Source: Ginglymostoma cirratum
Taxonomy: Eukaryota
Assembly (NCBI GenBank): GCA_024137785.1
Contig: JAHRHZ010000003.1
Location: 13,092,761-13,156,760, forward strand
Length of the DNA: 64,000 nucleotides
Direction of reading: 5' to 3'
The notes below the pieces were generated by a model. The model had not been told where the DNA came from. It worked only from the letters and a program-made list of their open reading frames with translations, and did not search any database. This document shows positions 1-11,419 of this stretch, one piece after another. The translations under genes were made by a program, and so were the position numbers. Within the stretch, counting starts at the first letter, position 1. Every line of letters begins with the position of its first letter.

Positions 1-350
1 GGGGGGGGGGTTTGGCGGAAAAAGAAAACCCCGAGGCGACAGCCGGGAGTGCGGCCCAAACCCAGCTCGAGTATGTGCGCGGGGTGCCTGAGAGAGCCCC
101 GAGGCCGCTCTCCCCCTCTCTTCACCGCCTGAGAGAGGCTAGCCAGAGCGGGGTGATGAGGGTGGATGGAAGGCCCAGGCCGCGGGCGCCGGTGGGGATG
201 GAGAGGGGCCCGGGGTGAGGCTTCAGTCCGCCTGCTCCGGCCTAGGCCGCAAGGCCTCGGGCTCGGAGTTTGTGGCGTAGCGGTGAATTGGCGTTTGGGG
301 CGGGGGGGTGGGGCTTGGTAGAAAAGCCTGTTTGGGAGTGTCGTTCTAGG
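1..350. promoter_or_regulatory. 3' edge of CpG island (KAT6A promoter / non-coding exon 1 / start of intron 1)
   Basis: Very GC- and CpG-rich (e.g. ggccgcgggcgccgg) against a CpG-poor remainder, about 750 nt upstream of the KAT6A ATG. Possible donors GTATGT at 71 and GTGAGG at 215 cannot be resolved. Confidence 0.75.
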
Positions 351-920
351 GGCTATGGGACTCCTTCCCCCTCACCCCACCTCCTTCTCCCTCAGGGCGG
401 TCAATCCTTGGTGCTGGGCTGTAAACAAAAGCAGCAATCGCTGTGTGCAACTGGCAGTCCCCAGCCCAGAGGAGGTGGAACAACAAAATAGTGGGAAAAA
501 CACTGGCATCTCTAACAACTCCAGTCCCCACACGGGCACTGTGTGTGTGCCTTATACCCCCCGTCCTCTCCACCAAGACTCCATGCATTTCTCCGTGTGT
601 CATCCTTTTTTTGTTTATTTCTAGAGAATTGTAAGGATGGACTATTATCCTTGTTTCTTACTTTCGCTTTTAAACGTGTCATTATTGTTTTTGCTTTCCC
701 AGATGCAGCAGCCTGCAGAGTGTTTGTCTTGGATTACATTTGAAGTGAAAACAGCTTTTTTGAGCAAGTGAATGGAGACTTTGTGATGGTCTTGGAACTT
801 TACAGAACGTTGGAATTTTAAAAATTGGACAGTGATTCTGATTTTGTATTAATGAAAGGTTTTTTTTATATATATGAACCGGTGCACCACTGTTATTCTT
901 CCATCTCGTTTCCTTTGTAG

Positions 921-1093
921 GATCATTTGAAGTCTTGGTGAGAAAGCGAGAGGGAGATTGGCTTTGACTTGGAAAACGTCAATGCTATGGTGAACTGCTT
1001 CTTTATTCCGAGAAATCTTTTTTTGTCATGCGTGGAACTGGTTCAACACCGAGATAAGGGGTAACACTCTGTGGATATTGGGAGCCATCAGCC
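921..1093 (+). other. KAT6A: 5' UTR part of first coding exon of KAT6A
   Basis: Polypyrimidine tract and acceptor ctcgtttcctttgtAG ending at 920. Alternative upstream acceptors end at 702 and 624, so the 5' boundary is uncertain. Confidence 0.6.
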
Positions 1094-1693
1094 ATGGTAA
1101 AACTTGCAAATCCGTTGTATACCGAGTGGATTTTGGAGGCAATCCAAAAAGTTAAAAAGCAGAAACAGAGACCCTCTGAGGAAAGGATTTGTAATGCTGT
1201 ATGTTCATCCCATGGATTAGACAGAAAAACTGTCCTGGAACAACTCGAGCTGAGCGTGAAAGATGGGACAATCCTAAAGGTTACAAATAAAGGACTAAAC
1301 TCTTACAAGGATCCAGACAATCCAGGGCGAATTGTACTTCCCAAACCTCGAAATCAGTCAAAGTCAGATGCTAAACACACGGTTGACTGGAATAAGCTTC
1401 TCAAAAGGGCACTTGAGGGTTTAGCGGAGCCCAATGGGTCATCGTTGAAGAACATTGAACGATATTTGAGGGGTCAGAAGGATGTGATAGCGGTATTTGG
1501 GGCTGGTGCCTCCTCAGCCCTCCACCAGCAACTGAGGCTTTCTTTGAAACGCGCCGTAAGCCATGGCAGGATCGTCAAGGATGGGCCCCTGTATCGGTTG
1601 TCGCGCGGCAAACCAGGCAATGAAAGCAAACAAGGACATGAGTCAATTGCCTGCCTCCCACCGGTTAGCCTCCTCACTCATGAGAAGGACAGG
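1094..1693 (+). CDS. KAT6A: Lysine acetyltransferase 6A (MOZ/MYST3), first coding exon, aa 1-200: WH1 (SAMD1-like, CpG-binding) and WH2/H15 winged-helix domains
   Basis: [36 protein letters not shown]...[15 protein letters not shown]...KDGPLYRL...[14 protein letters not shown] closely matches the human KAT6A N-terminus as I recall it. Strong Kozak gccATGg. Exactly 200 codons then AGG|GTAGGT (phase 0), like human KAT6A c.1-600. [24 protein letters not shown] and LPKPRN favour KAT6A over KAT6B. Confidence 0.96.
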
Positions 1694-3003
1694 GTAGGTT
1701 GTATTTGGATGTTGTCTGAAACTTGTTTTTTAAGTTGATGTTTCACGCTAGACGATCCAGCTATCTAGGAAAAGTAGAAATTCTTGGCCACAGTAATTCC
1801 AAGAATGAGGAATGTAATCCCAGCTCTAAATCCCAATTTGTTCCATGAATTTACAGTACATGTATTGATGAGAGTTGGTACTTTATGGAGAGTGAACACT
1901 GGAAAGAGAGAGATTGTGTTGAAGTTCTTGCCAGTACCAAAAGTAGTCATTTCAATTGAGAGAAAAATTCAAATCTGACAGCCACTGTGGTAACATTCAA
2001 GAATTAATTTTGCAACTTGGGTTATCTATCGTCATAAAATACTTATCATTCTTTTGAAAAAGACAAGTACTTCTATTGAACTGGAGAAATTGATGCCAAA
2101 TTCTGGGGAGTTGCGGAGAGCTTGAGCAGTTTCTGACAAGTCGCCTGAAGCAAGTATACCAGAGTTAGATTTTCAAGGCTCTGTCAGGATTACTGTTTAT
2201 TTTGTCTGTGAGCATATATCTGTAAGATGGTTTCGTTAAAGTTCAGAGCTTGCTGTGATGGTGTGTAATTAATAAGTGAAAATGCAGTGCATGAATCATT
2301 TACAAGTCAGCTTAATGCAGTGTTTTGAGATTCCTGATTATTTCTGTGCTTTACATGGCACGGGACCTGGTCCGGGTAAAGGTTCTCGTGCTCTCAAAAT
2401 TTCACTGCCAGATTCACTCTTCGTTCTCATGATTAACATGGTGATATCCACTTTTCTGTGGTACATGCCATGCAGATTTGGCTGTGTAAATCCTCCTGAA
2501 TTGCTTATTCAGACCTCTGAAAAGCTTTAGGACTCGGCCTTTCAGGATGCACTTGTGTGCCAGCATGGGTTTGGACTCATGACAATATCAATGGAATGTG
2601 CACTCCAAGCCCACTTTAGTGATGCTGCCTTATCTTCGTTCATTTATGCATTTTGCAAAGAATGAATCAGTGTTGGTCTGAGATTAAAATTTGTTGTTTA
2701 AATTAGAGGTCATGGCTGTGAAAGGTGTAAATTAGGCCACAAGATTTTATTTCCTAACCTGCTGAGAAACAATCATATTCGTTTAAGGAAAGAGGATAAT
2801 ATAAACACAGTGCCATAAAAGTGCAGAAATAGGTGATGATGATGGTTGAGATGTGCTCAGATACTAAATAAATAAAATTATGCCTTTCTTTGTAATTGTT
2901 AAGAGTTTTAATTTGGTGTTTTTCACATCTTCACGTCATTCCCTGTAGCTTGAGCCAAGGTATTAGTTCTGAAATAGATTCATAGCCATATATAAGCATA
3001 AGT

Positions 3004-3340
3004 TGCAGCAAAATTGTGATCAGCAGGTTTCACAAACTACATTTGAGATAACTGACCATTGATTGTTCTTTTGGTTTTGTTTATTGTGGATAACTCTTGG
3101 CTAGGACATGAGAATGCCCTGGGTTTTCGAATACTCTATGAAAGATCATAGATCATATCATTGGAACGTACAAACTGGGTATTGGTTTTACATCTGAGCA
3201 AAAGGCTACAATTTCAACATTGGAACATTTCCTTAATAATGTATGGAAGTGTTAGCTTGGATTGCATGCATTTTTTTGCAGACGGGGCTGGTTTCCTCAA
3301 CCTTCTGTTTTTGAGGTGAGGAAGCAACTTGTGAGCCAAC
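3004..3340 (-). mobile_element. Old Deu-domain SINE (SacSINE1/AmnSINE-like)
   Basis: Degenerate match to recalled Deu-SINE reverse complement (gcagcaaaattgtgatcagcagg...tggctaggacatgagaa...ccttctgtttttgaggtgagg); similar to 10268-10690. Confidence 0.55.
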
Positions 3341-3724
3341 TTTGAGCATGCAGGGAGGCAATCAGAGTTGTGTGAATGATGCACTGAATGACCGTTGCAT
3401 AAATTGAGCTGAGAAATGATGACACTGCACATACTCAACAACAAAAGCAGGTGAATGCACTTTTACATTTTTATGCTATAGTTTATGAAATCTGCATTTG
3501 GCTTCCTTTTGAGTTCACTTCGAATTTTGTTTTTGGCTGTTGTTTTTGGTTCTTCTTTAGATAAATGGGATTTGAAAGTTTCCTGAACTTTGAAGGAGTT
3601 GCAACCTTGTAGACGCTATTGTGTTAATCAGCCAGTCACAGGTACACAGGTGAAAATGTTAATTGAGGCCCATATGTTTGTTTTTTTTTTGCAGTACAGC
3701 ATGGTGATGTAGACTTGGTGGTAG

Positions 3725-3825
3725 GTATCTCTCTGAGCTCACCAGGGACAAGAGCAAAGTGTTGTTACCCATCCTCAGTTGCCCTGACAAGTTGTTGTTG
3801 GGTGTTCTTTTCAAACTGCTGTTGT
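3725..3825 (-). mobile_element. 3' terminus of the tRNA-headed CR1-group LINE family
   Basis: ttgttacccatcctcagttgccctgacaag...ttcaaactgctg is the reverse complement of the 3' end seen at about 22910-23015 and 62070-62170. Confidence 0.5.
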
Positions 3826-4329
3826 CCTTAGATAGTGTCATCCTGCAATATTTTGAAGGACGAGATTGCAGTTTATTTACATCGTGGTGAAACATGTCTC
3901 TAACTGCAAAAAAAAAATTATGTTTCCAGTTATTTCGGTGCATTTGGTCAAAAGAAATGTCAAAGTTCTCAAATGAAGTTGGCAGGCACATTCTCACTTA
4001 GAATTAAGGAGTCAAAAGACAGTCAATCATTGTTTTCCATCTTTCCTGCTGCTTCTTTCCAGGTAGTGTTAGATCAGTTGGGATTTTTTTTGTGTGAAAT
4101 TCCAGACTCATAGGCCAATTTCCTGCCGCCTGATTATTGCTGGAGACTTGAATTTGAAAGTTGAATGTCATTTGCAACTCTTTATAAACCCAGACACTTC
4201 TGCAATCTCTCAGTTGAAGAAAACTGATGTCTTCAAGCACAAGATGCTGTGAAAGCCTGTGCGGTGTTTGTGTTCATAACTCAGTTTTGAATGGAGTAAC
4301 CAACAAATTGTTACTACCAAATTTGTGGG

Positions 4330-5650
4330 CTGTCACCCAGCACAAGATATTGTCTAACCTCCTTGATGGAGTTGAACAACAGTAAATGTAAAGGAAAATC
4401 TAACATGAGGCTTGGGTAGTAAATATCAGTGAATTGTTGGTATAGGGGAACATTTGGTGAGTTGACTAGTTGCCTGGTTTGGAGGTAATATGAAAAAAAT
4501 TGCTCAAGTTGTATGACAAATCTGAATTTTAGCATGTTGAGTATGTGGGACAAGTTATTCAAGTTCACAAAAACAACAAATGGAAGTAATGAGAGGAATG
4601 TTGAAAAAAGCTTTTGTAGGTCTGGAAACAGTATTCAAATCTTGAACTTGATAAAGTGAAATGCTGATGAGAAGTGAGAAACTGGTTGAAGCAGATGAGG
4701 AAAGCAGGATTTAGTATTCACAATGAAACATAAAATGGGAATTGTAGCGGAACTTTTGAGAAATTGTGTGAAGAGTGTTGGTGGAGGGAATATAAAGGTT
4801 GCAGCCATCAAAAGTAAGAGTGCATTTGGTTATGTTTTTGAGAGATGCAGCGAAACTTGTCTTCAAGGGATTCCAAGAAGCAAGATTTTTCACTGTTCAG
4901 GTTTTTGATCTCCAGCATTGTTAGACTGTGAACCACTGGTAATGATCGAGCTACAAAGTGACTTACCCTTATTTCTGTTGAGGATGGCATATTGAAGGAA
5001 ATTCTGTATGTAAAGTGGGATTGTTCAGAAAATAATATAAGTAAAAAGAAGAGATTTCTCATATGAAAGAGGGAACAGTGTGAGAGAGAAGTAACAACCT
5101 AGGAGAACAGGGACAAAAGAGGGTGGGAGATTAAGGCATTGGCAGTAGCACATACACAGCAATTTCAGAATCTGCTGAGCAGAGACACCACTTTATGATG
5201 TTTTGACATGCCAGACTCTTTGTTGGAGCTGCGCACATGTATGATTCACCACTGTTTTCCAGGGGTCATAGAATTGAGCCAAAAAGGTTAGCTTCCTCTT
5301 TTAGAAGAGTGAGTAATTGCACTGTTAGGGTGAAAGAGGAATGCCAAGGATTCTCCTTCAGTAGGGAGAGATTGATAAGGGTCTCGGAGTTAATGTAGAA
5401 GCAGTATTTGCAGCATTTGAAGCTTCTGTTCATGTTGAGTGAGTAAAGCTTTTCAGAGTGTAAATGACAGAAGTTGGATTAAAGTGTCATAGACCGAGCA
5501 AATGACTGGATTTGATGAGCACTGTTCTTGAATGATAGTGTTCCTTCCAAATGGGAATTGAAACTTGAAGGTCAAGTTAAAACAAGATTGTGTGGGTACC
5601 CAAACACAAGATATTATGAGCCAATGCATGTGCAGTGTGATCGAGAAAGA
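4330..5650 (-). mobile_element. Highly decayed L2-like LINE remnant
   Basis: Purine-rich tract with weak resemblance to antisense L2 ORF2; no readable frame. Confidence 0.3.
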
Positions 5651-6097
5651 AGTAAATTGAGTAATGGCTACACTGCATAATGCCCCTGGTGTCTTCAAGT
5701 GATTGTGAATGGTAATGTACGTGGTTTCTAAGTCAGAGCATAAGTGGTATTTTTGATTTAGTTGAAGTCTGTTGCAGCTATTAGAGTGGAACTTCTGTAG
5801 ATGTACCAGAGTGCTTCTAAGCAAGTGTACACGATGTAACAGGCTTTAAAGAATGTTTTCTTTTCATCCATTGCAGCAGTACATTGAATATTGCAGACAG
5901 ATGCTCTGGTCAGTGATGAAGTAGCATCAATACCTCTGCTTGTGGGACAAATCATCACTCATGATAAGCACTACCTGTGGGATATCTGGTCAGTTGCACT
6001 TGTGAAGGTATTTGATGCCTTCCAAATGCTGCTTCTAATATTTCCAATTTCTCCACTTTTTAGGCAAAAGAGAATTTGTTTTGACAGTAGCAAGAGG

Positions 6098-6186
6098 AGG
6101 GGTGATGGCCTCATGGTATTATCACAAGCCTATTAATCCAGAGACCCAGGTAATGTCCTGGGGAACCAGGTTCAAATCCTGCCATG
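6098..6186 (+). mobile_element. Isolated tRNA-like head of the LINE/SINE family at 53542 and 59704
   Basis: gatggcctcatggtattatcacaagcctattaatccagaga...ggttcaaatcctgccatg aligns with 53550-53630; B-box GGTTCAAATCC at 6169-6179. Confidence 0.75.
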
Positions 6187-7570
6187 CCACATGCTGCAAT
6201 GATGTTCATGGATAATGAGCGTCTGGTTTTGTTCAATAAATGTAGAATTGATGCAAAGTATTGAGCTGTGCCTCTCATGCCTTTCGGTTGCTCGCATGTT
6301 GAGGGAAAGTTAGCTTCAATATTGATTTCGTAATTGAAGATTTTGGGTGAAAAAGTCCAAACGTGAGCAAGTTGAAAAAGAGCAAAAACGTGCAAATGGT
6401 TCGAACTTGAACGATGAAAGCAGTGTGCATAATAATGACCATCATTTGACAGATAACACGCGATAACCTGACATTTAGTACTGTATTGTACATTATCGTA
6501 GATTTACGGGTGGGGGATTTATAATCATTAAACAGGACGTGCACTGCTTGTCTGGGAAATGGAGAGGTTGCAAGCTATTGCGTTTACCCCATTGACTACC
6601 TCTGGCCAGTTCTAACCAAGTATTTAGAGAAAGTCGAGTTTTCCCCTGCTAGGTAGATACGATTGACCACATGATAAAGGCAAGCAAGGGAAACTATCTG
6701 TTAAAATTTGATCCGTTACGCAGAATATTTATTCAGAAAAACTGTGAATACAACTGTGGTGTGACACTGTTGAAGATGGCCACCAACTGATTTGCATTCA
6801 GTACTGAAAAAAATTTGCAAGTTCTGGAGTATATCCAGTTCAATAGTACATTCTTCAAAGAGTGCTGTCAATCTTTTGGATCTGGAACGACCAAAATTTG
6901 AATTGGTTTTTGAACTGTGATTAAGTCAGCAGATTGTGCTTGTGAAAGCTACAGGATGGTGGTTTGATTGCTCCCTGGTTATCCTCCCATTATCAACTCA
7001 CTGGAAGTTCACAGAATAGATTCTCAGTTGTAAGTATCAAATGAATATTCCTTTGAGCCTACTGGAACCTATTAGCATGCATTGGTGGCTTCAGAATCCA
7101 AGCAGCATACAATCCCACATGCCTGTGATATTACACATTATGGAGCCCGCGATAGGGAACTGGCAGTTACATCTTTTCTTTACTTCTGTCAATTTAACCC
7201 TTACCTGTGTCTGTCTCTCTGCCTGCCTGTCTTTGCGTGAGTGGGATGCTAGAATTGAAGAAGATTAAATTTATAGACATTAATTAGCTTGTGTTATGGT
7301 TTAACTTGGCTCTGGTAAAGCTACTATCCTATTTATAAGTTGTTAATTCTTTTGTTTAAGCTATAAGCTTGGTGTGTGATGTGGGTTATTTATGAAGTCT
7401 AATATTGCTTATTCAAAGTCTGGTTCGAACTTTTGGGGTCAATTTTGAGGGTTGTTTGAGTATTTTAATTTTAGTGTTGTGTTGTGATTCTTGTGTTGCA
7501 AGTAAAAGGTTGGGGAGACTGATTTGATTTGGTTGTATGTCTCTGTGTAAAAACAGTAGATATGTGTGCC

Positions 7571-7670
7571 TTCTGAGGAAGGGTCGCACAATCTGAAATG
7601 TTAACCCTGATTTCTCTCCACAGATGCTGCCAGACTTAGTGAACTTTTCCAACAGTTTCTGCTTTTGTCA
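7571..7670 (+). mobile_element. Penelope-like pLTR fragment (family B) with decayed hammerhead core
   Basis: ttCTGAGGAagggtc...ctGAAAtGTTaac...tctctccacagatgctgccagac; homologous to both arms at 8461-8660. Confidence 0.65.
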
Positions 7671-8235
7671 GAATGTCGTGTCATTTTAGTAATAATGCAT
7701 CAATATTCAATCGGCATTGTGATGCTGTGTGCAGTTGAGATTGAGGTAGGACTGAAGATACACAGACAAATGAGAAGGACTTTCTCGATTAGTGTTGGGA
7801 CAGCACCAAGAATCCCTTGGAATCTTAAAAGGGAAAAATAACTTTATTCTCACTGAAGCTGGTTGCCTTCACTTGGCTCTCTTTGTTTTGGAGTTGCTTC
7901 ATGATTGTTGTTGGTGCACGTTAATTGAAGATGTATCAGTGGTATGACTCAGGCCTATTAAAAACAGCAGGGGTGAAGCGGATTGAATAACAGACCTTTC
8001 CATTTCTTCGTGGACAGGTTTCTGTGTTTGCCTAGAAATGATAGAACATTATACACAGGTCATGCATTATTGATTGTAAGATGTAAATGCTTGAGAGGTC
8101 CCACTATTTGAGGCGATGAAAATTGTTATCTAGTCCAGCTAATCTGCTTGAAAGAAACTTCTGTAGGATTCAGTTAGGTTTGGTGTTGGGATATTCTTTT
8201 GACCAATTTTGGAGCAGATTGTTTTTATTTAAGAT

Positions 8236-8680
8236 CAAAATCTAAGAATTGTCAATGCAGGAGATCTGAAACACAAACAAAGTGGAGACAGTCACGTCTA
8301 GCACCACCTTTAGAGTAAATGATTCTGGTCCACTGACCGTTTGTCAGACTTGAAGATAGCCAGTAGAGTACTTATGTTGATGGTGCAGGTTGGGGGAGGC
8401 AGGATAGATGGTGGCAAGAATAGAGTGCATGGAGGTGGTATCCCGAGAGAGAGAAAATGGAAACAAGAACCGAAAATTGCTGGTGAAACGCAGCAGGTCT
8501 GGTAGCATTTGTGGAGAGAAAGCAGAGTCAATGTTTTGGTCTTGTGATCTTTCCTCAGAACTGGACTCAAAATGTAAACTCTGCTTGCCCTCCACAGATA
8601 GTGCTAAACCTGCTGAGTTTCTCCAGAAATTGTGTTTTTGTGTCAGATTTGCAGCAAATACAGTTATTTGTTTTTTGTTC
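8236..8680. mobile_element. Head-to-head inverted Penelope pLTR pair (family B), left arm interrupted at about 8281-8455
   Basis: 8461-8562 is the imperfect reverse complement of 8563-8645; 8236-8280 matches the distal end of the left arm. Confidence 0.65.
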
Positions 8681-8710
8681 AGATGTAACATGAACTTTAT
8701 TTTTTCCTCC

Positions 8711-8806
8711 CTTGATGAAGGGTTTAGGCCCGAAACGTCAAGTTTTCCTGCTCCTATGATGCTGCTTGACCTGCTGTGTTCATCCAGCCCCATGCTTGTT
8801 ATCTCA
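8711..8806 (+). mobile_element. Penelope-like pLTR fragment (family A)
   Basis: gatgaagggtttaggcccgaaacgtcaagttttcctgctcc...catccagccccatgcttgttatctc; same family as 23830-23925 and 34861-35061. Confidence 0.8.
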
Positions 8807-8879
8807 CTTTCCTCTCCCCTTGTCCAGTCCCTCCCCACTTAAATCTGTGATTTTTGTGATGCTTTACATCCATTTCACA

Positions 8880-9855
8880 GTTTTGAGTTTGCTGACTCCA
8901 GCTGCCTTCTCTCGAGAATGGACTTGCTGTCCTACTTCATGCCCATCCCCCACCAAATGGTCTGATGGCTCTTCACTGCTTCTTCGAGAGAAGGCCGGAA
9001 TTGACCCCAGCCACCATTGCCCTCTTCCACCTGGCTAAGTTTGCCTTCACTTTGAGCAAGTTTTCCTTTCACTCCTGTCACTTTCTTCAGATCAAAGATT
9101 TGGCTATGAATATTCTTGTGGATCGCAATCATGCCTGCTGCCTCTGTGGGTGCCGTGGAACATTCCTTTTTAGTTGCTTTGGTTGCTCCCTAGATGTGTC
9201 TCTCTCTGTCTCTGTCTCTGTCTCTTTCGTATATTGATGACATAAGTGGTGCCTCACTCTCCCATGTGGAATAGAAAAAAATTTATCAGTGTTACTTCCA
9301 ATTTCCACCCTGCTGTCATGTTCACCTGGTTCATTTCTGGCTCCTCTCCTCAAGTCCTTAGATATCTCTTTTTACATTTTCTGTGGATGGGTTGGGCACT
9401 GATATCCATGACACGCCCATTGACTCCCACGTTTAGCTTGACAGTACATCCTCACATCCTACCTCGTGTAAGGACTCCATCCCATTGTCCCAGTTTCTCT
9501 TTCCCAATTGCACCTGTTCTGATGATGCCACCTTAGGTATGGGGACCTCAGAAATGTCCACATTTTTCCTCAGCCAAGGATTGCCCACCACCGTGATTGT
9601 CGGGGCCCTCAGCTGTTTCCAACCAATTTCCTGCACCTCTGCCTCTATCTCTTCCATCCCCTCCCAGAACAACGCTAGGGTACTCCTGGTCCTCTCCTTT
9701 GCTTCCCACACCTTTATGGCTCTTCCTCCTGTACCCCTCTCTCCCTTAGTCCAGCTGTTTTGATTTGTAATGAAGATTCACTGAATTCACATGCATTAAC
9801 TCCGTTTCTTGCCTGACCATACTTGCAGAGTTTCTCCAGCGCTTCCTGTTTGTAG
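8880..9855 (+). mobile_element. Penelope-like element reverse-transcriptase remnant (frameshifted) ending in a decayed pLTR
   Basis: Translated fragments ALHCFFERRPE..LAKFAFTLSKFSFHSCHFLQIKDLAM, FISVTSNFHPAVMFTWFIS and SSHPTSCKDSIPLSQFL...CSDDAT are typical of the PLE RT core and C-terminal extension. Confidence 0.8.
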
Positions 9856-10267
9856 TTGACCATTTGAAATGTGTTATAAGTATTGTAGTGATTTACAAGC
9901 GCATCAGACTTTGAATTGTAATTACAGTGGGTTTCAGTGAGACATTGACGACAGTACTGAAATTTTTCCTGAGGTTGTGACCAATAGAATACACAGACAG
10001 AGAAGGATAATGAGTAATTGAGAAAAATACTTTGGTAGGTGAACGCAGGTTGCTCGGAAGTTGCAGGAGGTGACCGAGAACCCTATCTTGGTGAACAAGT
10101 GGAGATGAGATGCTTTCCCCACATAAACCAATGGTATTTAGGAGGTTGTTATGCACCTAATTGCGGTGTACATTATAACATTGACAGAGGATCGACCCAA
10201 ATTTGAGTCATGAGTGTATTTGCACTTGGGTAGAATGAATCCAAAGAGGGCTAAGTAATGGATAGCC

Positions 10268-10690
10268 ATTGTGCCTTTCACACGATAAGGACATTTCCAA
10301 AGGGCTTCACAGCTAACAAAATAGGTTGCATATGCTTCTGCACTGAATGCAATGTGGCATTCAGTTTGTGCGCAGAACGTCCCACAGAGCCATGTGACAT
10401 TGATCTGATTTTTGGTGTCACTGTTGCTGCACTTGAAATAGTTGTATTTGTTTTAAAACACTTGGGAATTACTGAGTTTGTGAAAAGCATGATGTGAATG
10501 CAAGTTCGTTGAGCACATATTGGTGAGGACAATTAGAAAGAGAGATTCTCCTCCGAATGAAATGGTAGATGAGCTTTCTTGCATGCACCTGAAAAGATAC
10601 AGGAGACCATGATGCAGTGTGCCCTTCCCAAGGTAACATCTCCAATAGTCTTGCACTCCTTCATTACTAGTTGAATGGTTAGAGTTTCAA
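10268..10690 (-). mobile_element. Old Deu-domain SINE
   Basis: Antisense tail gcctttcacacgataaggacatttccaaagggcttcacagc followed by Deu-like body catgcacctgaaaagatac...tgcactccttcattact. Confidence 0.6.
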
Positions 10691-11419
10691 AGTGTTTGAG
10701 CAAGTTGAAATAGAGTTAGTTGGCTTGGGACAAATGAAAGGTAATTTTGAGACTGCTCTTTACTATATCCAGTTTGAGCAGCTTGCTGAAGTTCTCCTTC
10801 CTCTGACAAATGTCCATTTATGGAGAAGGAGTCAGTGAAACTTGCAAACCTGGTTGCATTGAATTCCTGTGCTTGTTTGAATTGTGAATGGGCCCAGAAC
10901 TTGCGATCAACATTGGTACTGTTCTGATGAATGCCAGTCAAAGGGGAAACCACACACTTAATTGCCTGATGCCCATTCTCCTGACTGCTGACTAGGACCT
11001 TCATTGCCTCAAGACCTACCAAGCTTAATGCAATGAGGGGAACTGACACCACTCCCATGTGATACTGAAGGAGCTGTGAAAACCTTAAAGACAGTAGCAG
11101 CCAGCAGAGGGATTTCAACTGCAAAGTAAGTTGTTTGAAATTTCCATTGCATTTTTCAGCTAGTTTGGTGCACTTTTTGGTTTCTTTTCGACATTGTGTT
11201 CTTGACTAATTGTTAATGGAGTAATCTGTTTCTTTGCTTATAAACGTTTTCAATGTAAGCATTAAAATAATTACGTTTTGTAGGTTTAATTTGCTTTTCT
11301 AGGTTAACCATTGATATTGTTTAATGGTTCCTAGTGAATGAATGGGCAAGGAGGTGGAGGTTGAAGGAAGTGAAAAGTGAGTACAATGGCATTTGAGTGA
11401 CTTGAATTTATGAAAAGAA

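Noticed and set aside
12-743. Short ORFs in the CpG island and intron 1
   Set aside because: Mostly non-ATG starts and no recognisable homology; expected in GC-rich DNA.
859-920. 62-nt mini-intron in the 5' UTR
   Set aside because: Weak donor (AAG|GTTTTT) and shorter than typical vertebrate introns; alternative acceptors are a simpler explanation.
1694-1738. C-terminal 14 aa ([14 protein letters not shown]) of the 214-aa ORF as part of canonical KAT6A
   Set aside because: Homology ends at codon 200, exactly at a GTAGGT donor; the rest is intron read-through.
8310-8842. 144-aa and 164-aa ORFs
   Set aside because: They run across Penelope pLTR fragments; the same peptide (SSIIGAGKLDVS) recurs at 23842 only because of the repeat.
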